A stretch of DNA of 64,000 bases from Candidatus Kerfeldbacteria bacterium (GCA_047946875.1 CP181398.1:143154-207153); one strand, 5' to 3'. Counted from the stretch's first letter, positions 29,673 to 40,289 are shown. The notes: a model not told the origin generated them from the letters alone. Program-made: numbers and translations.

Positions 29673-31292
29673 ATGTCTCAAGCTATATATAGAAAATATC
29701 GTCCAGCGCTTTTTGAAGATTTGGTAGGCCAAAATCACATAAAAGTAACATTACAAAATGAGATTGAGAATAATAGAATAGCTCATGCTTATTTGTTTTC
29801 TGGTCCTCGTGGAGTTGGTAAAACGACTACTGCAAGATTATTAGCTAAAGCAATAAATTGTGAAGACAAGAAAACAACTGAAGCATGTGATAAATGTAGT
29901 TTTTGTAAAGAGATAAATGCAAAACGATCAATGGATGTTATAGAAATTGACGCTGCATCTCATACTGGAGTAGATAATGTTAGAGAAAATATTATTGAGA
30001 ATTCTAGATTTACGCCCCAGCATTTGAAATATAAAGTGTTTATAATTGATGAGGTGCATATGCTATCTTTATCAGCTTTTAATGCATTGCTAAAAACACT
30101 TGAAGAGCCACCTGAACATGTAATTTTTATTCTTGCCACAACAGAGATTCATCGTGTACCAGAGACAATAATTTCTAGATGTCAGCGTTTTGATTTTAAG
30201 CGTGTTAATATTAGCGATTTGATAAGTCGATTGAAATATATAGCTGGTAAAGAAAAGGTAAAAATAGAACAAGCATTATTAGAAAATATTGCCCAACGCG
30301 CAGAAGGGTCAGTAAGAGATGCAGAAGTATTACTTTCCCAAGTTCTTACTTTAGGAGAAAAAGAATTAACTATAGAAAATTCATCTATGGTGATACCTCG
30401 TTCTAATATCAATATGGTTGTTGAGTTATTTTTTTATTTATTAAAGAATGATGGCGCGAGTGCAATATCATTAGTAAATAAACTTATTGATGAAGGTGTT
30501 AACATTCAAGATTTTAATAAAGATTTAGTAGATTTTATGAGACGGGTATTACTATCTAAAGTTAGTAATTCCTCTAATGAATTATCTGGAATTTCTTTAG
30601 ATGAAAAAATTATTAAAGATATTCAAAAACAGGTTATAAATATATCAGTAGGACGTTTGGTAAAAATGATAGAAATTGTTATATCAAAAAATAATGAATT
30701 TAAATATTCGAATATTATACAATTACCGTTAGAGTTAGCTATCTTAGAAATTGTTGATACGGAAGATGATTCTGAAAATGATAATTTACTCAGCCCGCCA
30801 AGTGGGGGACAGAAAAGTGACAAGACTAATATTGCTAAACCTAAAATATTAAAACCTAAATTAGCACCTGATAAAAAAGTAATTAAAAGTGAGACATTAA
30901 CTAACAAAAGTAAATCAGTGCCTCGACCGGCACTTTTTGAAAAAATCAAAGAGTCATGGCTAGAGTATATTACCGGTTTAAGAGAGCATAATCATTCAAT
31001 AAGTATGATCATGAAGGTTGGTGTCCCAGTATCTTTTAAAGATGAAACTTTAACAATAGGTTTTCGTTATAAATTTCACTCTGAAAAAATTGAGGAAGTG
31101 GAGGTTAAGAATATTATTGAAAAATATCTTGAAGAGCAGTTAGGTCAGCATATTAAAATAGCGGTAACTTTGTTATCGGAAAATGAATTTAATAAATATA
31201 TTGATGAGCCTGATTTTTCCAGTAATACATCTAATGTATTAAATCAGGCCGTTGAGGCATTTGGCGGGGAAGTTTCAGAAGAAGAATTATAA
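29673..31292 (+). CDS. dnaX: DNA polymerase III subunit gamma/tau
   Basis: YRKYRP, GPRGVGKTT, EIDAAS, IDEVHML, LKTLEEPP, SRCQ. Confidence 0.97.
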   Translation: MSQAIYRKYRPALFEDLVGQNHIKVTLQNEIENNRIAHAYLFSGPRGVGKTTTARLLAKAINCEDKKTTEACDKCSFCKEINAKRSMDVIEIDAASHTGVDNVRENIIENSRFTPQHLKYKVFIIDEVHMLSLSAFNALLKTLEEPPEHVIFILATTEIHRVPETIISRCQRFDFKRVNISDLISRLKYIAGKEKVKIEQALLENIAQRAEGSVRDAEVLLSQVLTLGEKELTIENSSMVIPRSNINMVVELFFYLLKNDGASAISLVNKLIDEGVNIQDFNKDLVDFMRRVLLSKVSNSSNELSGISLDEKIIKDIQKQVINISVGRLVKMIEIVISKNNEFKYSNIIQLPLELAILEIVDTEDDSENDNLLSPPSGGQKSDKTNIAKPKILKPKLAPDKKVIKSETLTNKSKSVPRPALFEKIKESWLEYITGLREHNHSISMIMKVGVPVSFKDETLTIGFRYKFHSEKIEEVEVKNIIEKYLEEQLGQHIKIAVTLLSENEFNKYIDEPDFSSNTSNVLNQAVEAFGGEVSEEEL

Positions 31293-31297
31293 AATAA

Positions 31298-31351
31298 TGC
31301 GGGATCGACTACCTTCGCATATATGCTACGGCAGGCAGGTCTAATGGTAGG
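31298..31351 (+). repeat. Copy of tRNA-Gln 5' end interrupted by a 32-bp palindromic insert
   Basis: TGCGGGATCG[insert ending GGCAGGCAGG]TCTAATGGTAGG. Confidence 0.8.
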
Positions 31352-31404
31352 GTTATAGTTGTTAAATTTATTCTAAACTATAGTTCTAAATATTATTAAT
31401 TCAA

Positions 31405-31475
31405 TGCGGGATCGTCTAATGGTAGGACAGCGGCCTCTGAAGCCGCTAATCCTGGTTCGAGTCCAGGTCCCGCAG
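31405..31475 (+). tRNA. tRNA-Gln (anticodon CTG), CCA not encoded
   Basis: Acceptor TGCGGGA/TCCCGCA; anticodon arm GCGGC-CTCTGAA-GCCGC; T arm CCTGG-TTCGAGT-CCAGG. Confidence 0.96.
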
Positions 31476-31544
31476 AATTTAAACAGTTAAAATATCATAA
31501 AATAAAAATATAATTAGGGCACTTGCCCTACTAATAATTGGGAG

Positions 31545-31578
31545 GTCCAGGCTTGCCTGCCGATAGGCAGGTCCCGCA
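31545..31578 (+). repeat. Copy of tRNA-Gln 3' end interrupted by a 20-bp palindrome
   Basis: GTCCAGG[CTTGCCTGCCGATAGGCAGG]TCCCGCA. Confidence 0.78.
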
Positions 31579-31738
31579 ATTTAATCAATAAAAAAAGTCC
31601 TTTAGTATTAAAGAACTTGGATTTTTTTATTTGATTGTTATACTTTTGGATAGCACTATTAGCTATTTTAAAAGCATTATGATAGGGTGTATTTGTAAAG
31701 AGTAATATAGTTACTCTTGTTTTTTTACTATAAATGTT

Positions 31739-33010
31739 ATGAAAAATGAAAATACATCTAATTTTTATGGGCTCGGATTAGCTCCGAAACTTCTTGATAT
31801 ATTAGATAATAATAAGTTTACAACTCCGACGCCAATCCAAGAAAAAACTATCCCTTTGTTAATTGAAGGAAAAGATCTTATTGGTATTGCTCAAACAGGG
31901 ACTGGCAAAACGTTGGCTTTTGGTATTCCGATGATGCAAAATATTGCACGTTTAAAAACACGTGGACTTATCTTAGTGCCTACAAGAGAGTTAGCAGCAC
32001 AAGTTAATGAAGTATTATTACAGCTTGGTAAATCATTGGGTCTGAAAACTGTCGTTATAGTTGGTGGCGCTCCTTCACATCCACAGAAAAAAGCACTTCG
32101 AACTAAACCACATATTATTGTTGCTACACCTGGACGATTGATTGACCATCTTTCACAAAATAAATCATTACTAGAGGATATCGGTATTTTAGTACTTGAT
32201 GAAGCGGATCGTATGTTAGATATGGGGTTTGCTCCGCAGATAGAAAAAATACTTATTAAAACATCAAAAAAAAGACAGACCATGTTATTTTCTGCTACTA
32301 TGCCACAATCGATTGTTGCTATAGCTAATAAACATATGAGTTTGCCTTTGCGTGTAGAGATAGATCAGCCTGGTACTACTGTTAAAGAGATTGATCAAGA
32401 AGTAATTTTCCTCTCTGTTAGTGATAAGATAAAAATGTTAGAGATAATGCTCAATCGTTATCGTGGATCAATATTAGTTTTTTCTAGGACGAAACATGGC
32501 GCCAAAAAATTAACTACAAAGATTCGTGCTATGCATTATACTGTTGCTGAAATTCATTCAAACAGAAGTTTGGCTCAGCGGAAATTTGCTATTGAAGGAT
32601 TCAAAAAAGGTTCACATCGAATATTGGTAGCGACAGATATTGCTGCTCGAGGGATTGATGTGAATAACATTGAGTTAGTAATAAATTATGATTTGCCAAG
32701 TACACCTGATGATTATGTTCATCGTATAGGGCGAACAGCCAGAGCTGGTAAAAAGGGTAAAGCAGTTTCATTTGCTACTATGGATCAGCAAAGAGATGTT
32801 CAAGATATTGAAAGGTTGATAAAAATGCAACTTGCTGTTGGTGCAGAAAGTTTAACACCAAAACCTGTACAACGAGGAGGACGTCAACAACGAGGTGGTA
32901 ATTCTAATAACCGTTCAAACTCATACAAAAGAAGAAATAACTCAGGTAATTCTGGTAGATCACACAATAAAAGAAGATATCCAAAGTCTAAGGGGTTTAA
33001 GCGTTTTTAA
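31739..33010 (+). CDS. DEAD-box RNA helicase (RhlE-like)
   Basis: AQTGTGKT, PTRELA, DEAD, SAT, HRIGRTAR; basic tail. Confidence 0.96.
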   Translation: MKNENTSNFYGLGLAPKLLDILDNNKFTTPTPIQEKTIPLLIEGKDLIGIAQTGTGKTLAFGIPMMQNIARLKTRGLILVPTRELAAQVNEVLLQLGKSLGLKTVVIVGGAPSHPQKKALRTKPHIIVATPGRLIDHLSQNKSLLEDIGILVLDEADRMLDMGFAPQIEKILIKTSKKRQTMLFSATMPQSIVAIANKHMSLPLRVEIDQPGTTVKEIDQEVIFLSVSDKIKMLEIMLNRYRGSILVFSRTKHGAKKLTTKIRAMHYTVAEIHSNRSLAQRKFAIEGFKKGSHRILVATDIAARGIDVNNIELVINYDLPSTPDDYVHRIGRTARAGKKGKAVSFATMDQQRDVQDIERLIKMQLAVGAESLTPKPVQRGGRQQRGGNSNNRSNSYKRRNNSGNSGRSHNKRRYPKSKGFKRF

Positions 33011-33130
33011 AAAAACCAGCCAAAAAGAAGAAATAGTTAATGATTTTAAAAACACGTATTGAAATAAGTAGGTGTTTTTAGTTTAAAATAAAAAACCCGG
33101 TGCTTGTAAAAACATCGGGTTAACTTTTGA

Positions 33131-34612
33131 TTATATCGAACATCTACTTAATAGATAGTTAAATACATCATCAACAGTATAATCATCATCTTCGTTATGC
33201 ATAAGGTGCTGAAGAAAATCTAAATTCTGACCTTGTGTTACTATTGGTGGTTCGAGTAATCCTTGTAGTAGACGTTGACCTAAATCAACGGTTGAAAATA
33301 GACCATTACAGAGACATCCGCGTCCGATCGTATCTTCGATTCGACCTTCTTTGAAGACGTAGGCCTTTTCTGGTTCTGCGGGACATCGGTATCCTACCGT
33401 ACCATTATCTCGAAGATAAGGTTGGATAAGTCCACCAATATCACATATTCGTCTACGTAATGTGTAGATTGTAGAATCTCCAATAGTGCCTGGTATCCGA
33501 GCAACTTTGAACGTAAAACCGGTCGGGGAAATACGTGGATCATTGAAGATAATTAGTCTTCGGTTATATGCTTCCTTCCGTATGTAATTACAGATAATCG
33601 TATTAATACCAGATATATCGCAGAGACTAAAGATGGTTCCTACTTGGATACCTATGGCTCCTAGTGATTGGGCTTGTGCTAGTGCTTCTGGGCTGGCACA
33701 AGCTCCTGCACGGTAAAAAGGGAGTCCAATATCTCTGAGTAGTTGGTAATCAAATTCATCACGTTTACCGTAAATTGGTTGACCGTCATCAGTTAGGATA
33801 ACTTTACCGCGTGGGTTCATACTATGCCCACCAGCATCAGAGGCTTCTTCCACCCAGCCATCGATTTTTTGATCGTTGGATCTTGTCATCGCCTGTGCAA
33901 TCACGGCTGATGAAATGATTGGGAAAAAGTAAGGTCTCTTAAGTTTTGGTAACGGACAATGCATAAATTCCCGAGGGTTGAATTTCATCAGAAATTTTTT
34001 CGTATTTTTTGCACCAATAACGTGGATCTCATAAGTTGCGGGATTATGTTTTAGCAATTGATCCAGAATGCCTGATATCTGTGTTGCGATACCAGCTCCG
34101 ATAAAAAGGTAATTTCCATGCGCCAATAGCATACCGTATAGAGCGAAAATAAGTGGCATTTGTAGCTTTTCAAGGTAGTTAACACCTACCTTGCCTTTAT
34201 GACCTTCTTTTGCTAACCAAATCTGACAAAAGTTAGAAATTATCACTAGCTCAATTAAATCCCGTGAAGGAGTTAAGGTAAAGTGTTCAATATATTTGAA
34301 CGGTGTGGTTGGAGATATTCCGCCATCTACGTAATATCGTTCTAAAATTCTTGTGGCCATTTCTTGGTCAGGGAAAGCGGCCAAAGCTCTTCGGTAGTGA
34401 CCACCAGGATCGCCGTTTTGAAGAATACGTGGCACTACAATGTGTATGCCTGTGCCTGAGACGACACCAAGTCCTTCTTCATGTTGGGAAACTTCACGGA
34501 CAATTTTCTCTTGAGAGACATAGATGCCCATGCCACCACATATAATAGTTGGATGTCGGCGCATCCAAGTACGTATTTTTAGCCAAATGCGATGTATTAG
34601 TTTTGTTAGCAC
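33131..34612 (-). CDS. Nitronate monooxygenase/2-nitropropane dioxygenase family flavoprotein
   Basis: II.GGMG, AGGH, GIQVGT.F, SPTGF.FKV, CLCNGL. Confidence 0.85.
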   Translation of the reverse strand: MLTKLIHRIWLKIRTWMRRHPTIICGGMGIYVSQEKIVREVSQHEEGLGVVSGTGIHIVVPRILQNGDPGGHYRRALAAFPDQEMATRILERYYVDGGISPTTPFKYIEHFTLTPSRDLIELVIISNFCQIWLAKEGHKGKVGVNYLEKLQMPLIFALYGMLLAHGNYLFIGAGIATQISGILDQLLKHNPATYEIHVIGAKNTKKFLMKFNPREFMHCPLPKLKRPYFFPIISSAVIAQAMTRSNDQKIDGWVEEASDAGGHSMNPRGKVILTDDGQPIYGKRDEFDYQLLRDIGLPFYRAGACASPEALAQAQSLGAIGIQVGTIFSLCDISGINTIICNYIRKEAYNRRLIIFNDPRISPTGFTFKVARIPGTIGDSTIYTLRRRICDIGGLIQPYLRDNGTVGYRCPAEPEKAYVFKEGRIEDTIGRGCLCNGLFSTVDLGQRLLQGLLEPPIVTQGQNLDFLQHLMHNEDDDYTVDDVFNYLLSRCSI

Positions 34613-34883
34613 CAGGTGCGCTCCTTTCCTTTTATGTATATGTTAAAAAGCTATTTTTTTTAATAATATCTGTCATTTAACTATAATATCTATAGTATAG
34701 TTTTATGCAGTATTTAAGCCTAACATAGTCAAAATATGTTAACAAGTTTATTTTAAAGGCATTAATCATTAATTACTTGAAATAATATCGATATAAGTGT
34801 AAGCTAGTATAATTATTTAAATAGCTACTATATTTTAATGGGGGGATTTATATTTCGTTTCCTTTGTTATTGTTAAAAATATT

Positions 34884-35699
34884 ATGAATAGAGAAATATT
34901 AAAATTAAAAAATGTAAATAAAACCTTTTTTGAAGAAGAAAATTTTGAAGTACTAAATGATGTAAGTTTAACTGCAAAAGATGGAGAGTTTGTTTGTATT
35001 TTAGGTCCAAGTGGTTGTGGTAAGACAATTTTATTGTATTTGATTGCTGGATTTTTAACCCCTACTTCAGGAGAAATAACTTTAAACGATAAAATAATTA
35101 CAAAGCCTGGTACTGACAGAATGATGGTCTTTCAAGATTATATATTATTTCCATGGAAAACTGTATACGAAAATATTTTATTTGGACTTTATCACAGTAA
35201 TATTGATGAAGATCAAAAAAAAGAAATAGTGATGAATCATTTGGAGCTTGTTGGATTAACCAAATTTAAAGATTGGTATATTCATAAATTGTCTGGAGGA
35301 ATGCAACAAAAAGTCTCTATCGCTAGGGCTTTAGTCGTCAATCCTGAAATTTTACTTATGGACGAGCCTTTTTCTGCTATTGATTCCCAATATAGAAAAT
35401 TTTTGAGACAGAGTTTAGAGAAAATTTGGCAGCAAAAGAAAAAAACAATTATTTTTGTAACTCATAGTATTACTGAAGCATTAAAATTAGCAGACAAAAT
35501 TTACGTAATGAGTGCTAGACCAGCTGTCGTAAAGGAAATTGTGGATATTAACTTGCCAAGACCTAGAGATAGGTCGAGTAGAGAATTTATAAATTTAGCA
35601 GCAGAATTAAATAATCTAGTTTTAAAAGAGTTCGAATTAATGATGTCCAGTCAATCTACTGAGAAATCATTAGGAGAGCTATTGAAAGGAAATTTTTAG
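34884..35699 (+). CDS. NitT/TauT ABC transporter ATP-binding protein
   Basis: GPSGCGKT, LSGGMQQ, MDEPFSA. Confidence 0.93.
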   Translation: MNREILKLKNVNKTFFEEENFEVLNDVSLTAKDGEFVCILGPSGCGKTILLYLIAGFLTPTSGEITLNDKIITKPGTDRMMVFQDYILFPWKTVYENILFGLYHSNIDEDQKKEIVMNHLELVGLTKFKDWYIHKLSGGMQQKVSIARALVVNPEILLMDEPFSAIDSQYRKFLRQSLEKIWQQKKKTIIFVTHSITEALKLADKIYVMSARPAVVKEIVDINLPRPRDRSSREFINLAAELNNLVLKEFELMMSSQSTEKSLGELLKGNF

Positions 35700-35700
35700 T

Positions 35701-36729
35701 ATGTTTAAAAAAATGTCAAAAGTAGAGCAAGTTTTAATAATTGTAGCTATAATAGTGATTTGTTTTTTATTATTTAGTTCTAATACTACAGAAACCAGAC
35801 CAACTATAAAAATTGGGTATAATAGTCAAAGTGTAAACTATGGTCCAATGATGATTGGTATAGAAAAAGGATATTTTGAGAATGATGACTACAATATTGA
35901 AGTAGTAGCATTAAAGTCAGGAAAAGATATCAGACAAGGCGCGGCTACTGGTCAGTTGGACTTAGGATTATCTAGTGCGTCAAATTTTTTCACTATTATT
36001 GCGGCCGATGCGCCAGTAAAAATTATTGCTCCTGTTGCAGTTTCTAATACATTGTTATTCGTAAGGCCTGACGATGGTATTGAAACTTTTGAAGATTTAA
36101 AAGGTAAAGTAATACAAGGAGGGAAGTCTGGCCAATCTGAATTTGTTTTTGTTAGGGCATTAAAAATTGAAGGTATTGATATTTCGGAGATAGAATTTCT
36201 AGATATTGATAAAGGATTTAGACCATTAGCTTTGATGGAGCAAAAAGTATTAGATGCTATACCTGGCAGTAGTTATAACAAAGGTAATTTTGATGATTTT
36301 GGAATAGCGGTTCATAAAGAATGGGTAGAAAAAGGTTATGGAGATACATCTTGGCCAAATACGGTCATTGCCACTAATACCGAATTTCTTGAAAATAATA
36401 ATGAGGTTATTGAATTTATTCTTGGTGCATTGATTAAATCGCATGAATATTTTGAGAATAATACAGAAGATTCCGCCCAGTTAATAGCAGACCATATAAA
36501 TCGAGAAAGCTTGGAAACAGCAGAATATACAAAAGAAGAGGTACTAATCTCATTGAATAGTGGTCTTAATTTTTCGTTATGGTATGACCCATCACAATTA
36601 GTGGATATGGCGCAAACGTCTTTCGAAAGTGGTGCACTGGAAAAGAATTTGACTCAGGATGATTTATTAGATTTGCGATATGAGGAATTATTAAAGAAAG
36701 CGCAAGATGAAATATACGATCAAGATTAA
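35701..36729 (+). CDS. NitT/TauT (SsuA/THI5-like) substrate-binding protein
   Basis: TM anchor, IKIGY, EKGYFE, DLKGK; operon context. Confidence 0.88.
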   Translation: MFKKMSKVEQVLIIVAIIVICFLLFSSNTTETRPTIKIGYNSQSVNYGPMMIGIEKGYFENDDYNIEVVALKSGKDIRQGAATGQLDLGLSSASNFFTIIAADAPVKIIAPVAVSNTLLFVRPDDGIETFEDLKGKVIQGGKSGQSEFVFVRALKIEGIDISEIEFLDIDKGFRPLALMEQKVLDAIPGSSYNKGNFDDFGIAVHKEWVEKGYGDTSWPNTVIATNTEFLENNNEVIEFILGALIKSHEYFENNTEDSAQLIADHINRESLETAEYTKEEVLISLNSGLNFSLWYDPSQLVDMAQTSFESGALEKNLTQDDLLDLRYEELLKKAQDEIYDQD

Positions 36730-37495
36730 AGACAAATTATTAGCAGCAATTCCATTCGTATTGGTATTAGTCATTTGGTATGTATTTTATTATTTCAAAA
36801 TAACGCCACAGTGGTTAATACCATCTCCGCAAGAAACTTTCGTTACTTTTGTTGAATTGATCAAGGATGGAACAATATTTGAATTAGTGTTGGTCAGCGC
36901 CTCTAATGCTATTCCTGCTTTTTTATTGTCATTAGTAGCTGCAGTATTATTTGGTACTTTGATCGGGATTAATGATACGATTAGAAAAATATGTTTTCCT
37001 TTTTTATCTGCATTTTACCCAGTTCCATCTTTGGCTTGGTTGCCATTGATAATATTGTTTATAGGATTTACTAAAGAAGCAATCTGGTTGGTAATATTTA
37101 TTTCTAGTTTTAGGAAAATAATTTACAATGTTATAGCTGGCGTTAGGAATGTGAAGGGGAGTTGGATTTTGGCCGGTAAGAATTTGGGATTAAGTAAATT
37201 CGAAATTGTGATGAAGATCATTTTGCCCGGAGCTTTCCCCCAGATAATGACAGGAATAAGAATGGGGTTTGGTTCTTCGTGGAGATCATTAATAAGCGCA
37301 GAGATGCTTATTGCTACTGCAGGTGGACTTGGTAAATTTATATGGATGGCACAATGGTTTCTAAGTTTTGAAAAAGTAATTATCGGTATAGCTATCATTG
37401 CATTGATTGGGCTGGGTATTGAGGAATTAGTATTCAAAAAATTGGAGAAAAAAACACTAGAAAAATGGGGTTTTATTAAAGAACAAAGTAGTTAG
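36707..37495 (+). CDS. NitT/TauT ABC transporter permease
   Basis: PVPSLAWLP, ILPGAFP.I.TG.R, LISAEM. Confidence 0.93.
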   Translation: MKYTIKIKDKLLAAIPFVLVLVIWYVFYYFKITPQWLIPSPQETFVTFVELIKDGTIFELVLVSASNAIPAFLLSLVAAVLFGTLIGINDTIRKICFPFLSAFYPVPSLAWLPLIILFIGFTKEAIWLVIFISSFRKIIYNVIAGVRNVKGSWILAGKNLGLSKFEIVMKIILPGAFPQIMTGIRMGFGSSWRSLISAEMLIATAGGLGKFIWMAQWFLSFEKVIIGIAIIALIGLGIEELVFKKLEKKTLEKWGFIKEQSS

Positions 37496-37549
37496 TCTAT
37501 ATATTTGCTATTTTTTAGCAAATGGGGCACAATATGGGTAGAATAACAT

Positions 37550-37741
37550 ATGGACGGAACTATTAGGGAAAATATAAACATAGGCCAAGACGTGGCCGTG
37601 GTAAAAAAAGAAGACCAAAGAACCGGACAACTAACCCAAGGTGTTGTTCTGGATATTTTAACTAATTCAGCAAATCATCCTCATGGTATCAAAGTGAGAT
37701 TAGAGTCGGGAATTGTCGGAAGAGTTAAAGAAATTTTATAA
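37550..37741 (+). CDS. YwbE/DUF2196 family protein
   Basis: K.DQRTG.LT.G.V.DILTNS..HPHGIKVRL..G.VGRV. Confidence 0.9.
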   Translation: MDGTIRENINIGQDVAVVKKEDQRTGQLTQGVVLDILTNSANHPHGIKVRLESGIVGRVKEIL

Positions 37742-37799
37742 ATAATTAATTCCCGTAAAGTCAGATTAGGCTTTACTGGAAACTAAATAGAAAAAATAT

Positions 37800-38444
37800 A
37801 TGTACGATAGAAAAGAAATGTTTAGGACTACTTGCAGTGACTGTGGAGATAGCTGTGAAGTACCTTTTAAACCAACTGGTAGTAAGCCAGTATTATGTAG
37901 CTCTTGCTTTGGGCAACAAGGCGGAGGAAGATCAAATGGTCGTGACAATAGATCAGGTGGCGGACGTGGTGGTAGATTCGGTGGTCGTGACAATAGATCT
38001 GGTGGGAGAGATAGAGGTGACCGTGAAATGCATTCAGTAATTTGTGATGACTGTGGTGATAATTGCCAAGTACCATTTCGACCAACTGCTGGTAAACCAA
38101 TTTATTGTGATAAATGTTTTGGTAAGCACAATGATCGTGGTGGAAGAGGTGGAGACAGAAAAGGTGGTGATAGTTTCAGAGAAAAGCGTGGTGGTGGAAA
38201 CAATGATAAAATGGCAAATGAACTTAGTTCTATGAATAGTAAGTTAGATAGACTAATAACTTTGCTTGACCCTTCAGCTAAATCTGAAAAGAAAACTACA
38301 CCAAAAAAAGTTAAAGATGAAACTGTAGCTCCATTAGATCTAGACCTTGATGTTAAGCCAAAAGCAAAGACTGCAAAGAAAACCGTAAAGAAGAAAGCTG
38401 TTGCAAAAAAACCAGCTAAGAAGACCGTTAAGAAAAAAAAGTAA
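37800..38444 (+). CDS. CxxC-x17-CxxC domain protein with RGG linkers and Lys-rich tail
   Basis: Two C..CG..C.VPF.P...KP..C..CF units; AKKPAKK tail. Confidence 0.88.
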   Translation: MYDRKEMFRTTCSDCGDSCEVPFKPTGSKPVLCSSCFGQQGGGRSNGRDNRSGGGRGGRFGGRDNRSGGRDRGDREMHSVICDDCGDNCQVPFRPTAGKPIYCDKCFGKHNDRGGRGGDRKGGDSFREKRGGGNNDKMANELSSMNSKLDRLITLLDPSAKSEKKTTPKKVKDETVAPLDLDLDVKPKAKTAKKTVKKKAVAKKPAKKTVKKKK

Positions 38445-38459
38445 ATTAGATAGATTAGA

Positions 38460-38493
38460 AAAAACTCCGTCCATTAAGTTGGGCGGGGTTTTT
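38460..38493 (+). terminator. Intrinsic terminator
   Basis: AAAAACTCCGTCC-loop-GGGCGGGGTTTTT. Confidence 0.7.
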
Positions 38494-38508
38494 GGGTTGA
38501 TTGTTTTA

Positions 38509-38619
38509 TTTGTACTTTCTGACACCAGAAAGTACCAAAGAGTGCTGGGGGTTTCAATGCGCGAGCAGATAAATATAAATTATATATAAAAATGGCTTAG
38601 AGAAACCCCCAGACCCCAA
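38509..38619. repeat. Hairpin element TTTGTACTTTCT...AGAAAGTACCAAA / CTGGGGGTTTC...GAAACCCCCAGACCCC
   Basis: Two inverted-repeat pairs; collapsed relic at 39955..40005. Confidence 0.65.
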
Positions 38620-38716
38620 CTCATTAACTATTATCTTTATGTATAATTTGATTTTAATAGTAATAAAAAAGTGGGTCTGGAAATTTCCAAACCCACAGTA
38701 TATTCTTTTGACGAGA

Positions 38717-39232
38717 TTATGCCTCGCCGCGCATTTGGGTATTCATATCTACCCATCCTGCTATGAATGTCCGACAGTAGCGCATGAACCGTACTAACCA
38801 CCATCTCTTGAAAGAGGTGATCTTGTAGTATGGTTCGTCAGCCTGATGACCGCGTAGAATTTTTTGATAGAGGGCTTTGACATTCTTGAAAGTGTCACCA
38901 ACTATCATAATTTCAACTACATTTTTCCTACCGATCCTACTTGTTTCTGTAATCAGACGTACAAGGGCGGAAGTGTGTCTAAAATCGTAATGTTCACCAC
39001 AATCAATTATTTCATGATGGTTAACATCAGTGATTCTGATGAAAAATGTTACACGAGAAATTGGCAATGAACAGGGAACTTCGTTTTCTTTGATTTCGAT
39101 GTAGTAATCGAAATTTTCATCTCGTATGAGGGTACTAGTCCCATTTGGGCTGACCAATTTATTATGTCCAAGACCTTCTTGGATGGTCCAGCCATTAGGA
39201 AGCTGATTTGTGTCAATGTACAAACGAAACAT
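38717..39232 (-). CDS. Hypothetical protein
   Basis: 171-aa ORF; AAGGAG SD; TTGACA-17-TATCAT; own terminator. Confidence 0.7.
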   Translation of the reverse strand: MFRLYIDTNQLPNGWTIQEGLGHNKLVSPNGTSTLIRDENFDYYIEIKENEVPCSLPISRVTFFIRITDVNHHEIIDCGEHYDFRHTSALVRLITETSRIGRKNVVEIMIVGDTFKNVKALYQKILRGHQADEPYYKITSFKRWWLVRFMRYCRTFIAGWVDMNTQMRGEA

Positions 39233-39415
39233 TTGATACTCCTTACCTCTTTTGATTGGTTCTGGGTGTTACCCATCATCCATCGCTAGTAGGTAATAAA
39301 AGTGTTGTAAATCATATCTCACGTTGTGTGAAATATAACTATGTATGATAGTACTGTTTAGGCATTTTGTCAAGGGTAGTTTGATTTATATCTTAAAATA
39401 AGAGAAGATAGGACT

Positions 39416-39943
39416 ATGAATAATAACTTACCAACATCAGAAGACTTCCAACATATCAAAGAAAAATTGATTGACTATTTATCTAGGCAGGGTTTCTCAG
39501 AAGCTAAGTTGATCCAGAAAGTTACTGATCTTAAACGTCGTTACCCAAAAACAAAAAGGTATTTTTTTTATACTAAAGAAAATATTATAAAAGTAACAAA
39601 TGAATTGAAAGATTTGGGCTTAATTAACGATCGAAAATATGCTGAGAGTGTATTGCGACAATTGAAAGATAGAAAAGATGGTATTCAGCGAATTCGCCAA
39701 AAAATGTATACTCGACTTATTCCTACAAGTATTATTAATGAAGTATTAGGGGAATGGCAGGATCAGGGCACTAAGCAGGATGATAGTATAATTATTAGAG
39801 ATGCAAAAAGGAAATATGAAAGACTATGTGAAAAGCATCAGGCAAAAAAAGAAAAATATACTATTCAAACAAAGTTATATGCTTTTATTGCTCAGAAAGG
39901 ATATACACCGGATCAGATTAAAGAAATAATTGGAAAGATTTAA
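39416..39943 (+). CDS. recX: Regulatory protein RecX family
   Basis: YLSR..FSE..L, L..LGLIND.KYA, G..RIRQ, L..F..QKGY. Confidence 0.8.
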   Translation: MNNNLPTSEDFQHIKEKLIDYLSRQGFSEAKLIQKVTDLKRRYPKTKRYFFYTKENIIKVTNELKDLGLINDRKYAESVLRQLKDRKDGIQRIRQKMYTRLIPTSIINEVLGEWQDQGTKQDDSIIIRDAKRKYERLCEKHQAKKEKYTIQTKLYAFIAQKGYTPDQIKEIIGKI

Positions 39944-40078
39944 TTATATTATTTTTTGTACTTTCTGAGAAAATCTCAGCCTGCCCGCCTCTGGCGGGAC
40001 CCCAAAAGCATAAACTATCTAATAGGGTAATAATTATTAGAATAAAAACGATATGTTGATTTATGATATAATGTATAT

Positions 40079-40255
40079 ATGGGAAAAAATTTTGTAATAT
40101 ATTTTTTTATTTTTGTAGTAGGAATTATTGGTAGTTATATACCATTACTTTGGGGTGATAGTCTTTTTTCTGTTTGGTCAGTCATTTTATCTGGGGTTGG
40201 TGGGTTTGTTGGAATATATGTAGGATTTAAATTAAATAAGATAATGGGTAATTAG
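40079..40255 (+). CDS. 58-aa two-TM Gly-rich membrane microprotein, absent from the ORF track
   Basis: MGKNFVIYFFIFVVGIIGSYIPLLWGDSLFSVWSVILSGVGGFVGIYVGFKLNKIMGN. Confidence 0.8.
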   Translation: MGKNFVIYFFIFVVGIIGSYIPLLWGDSLFSVWSVILSGVGGFVGIYVGFKLNKIMGN

Positions 40256-40289
40256 ATATATTTAACTGATGATATTTAGTAATAACTGT

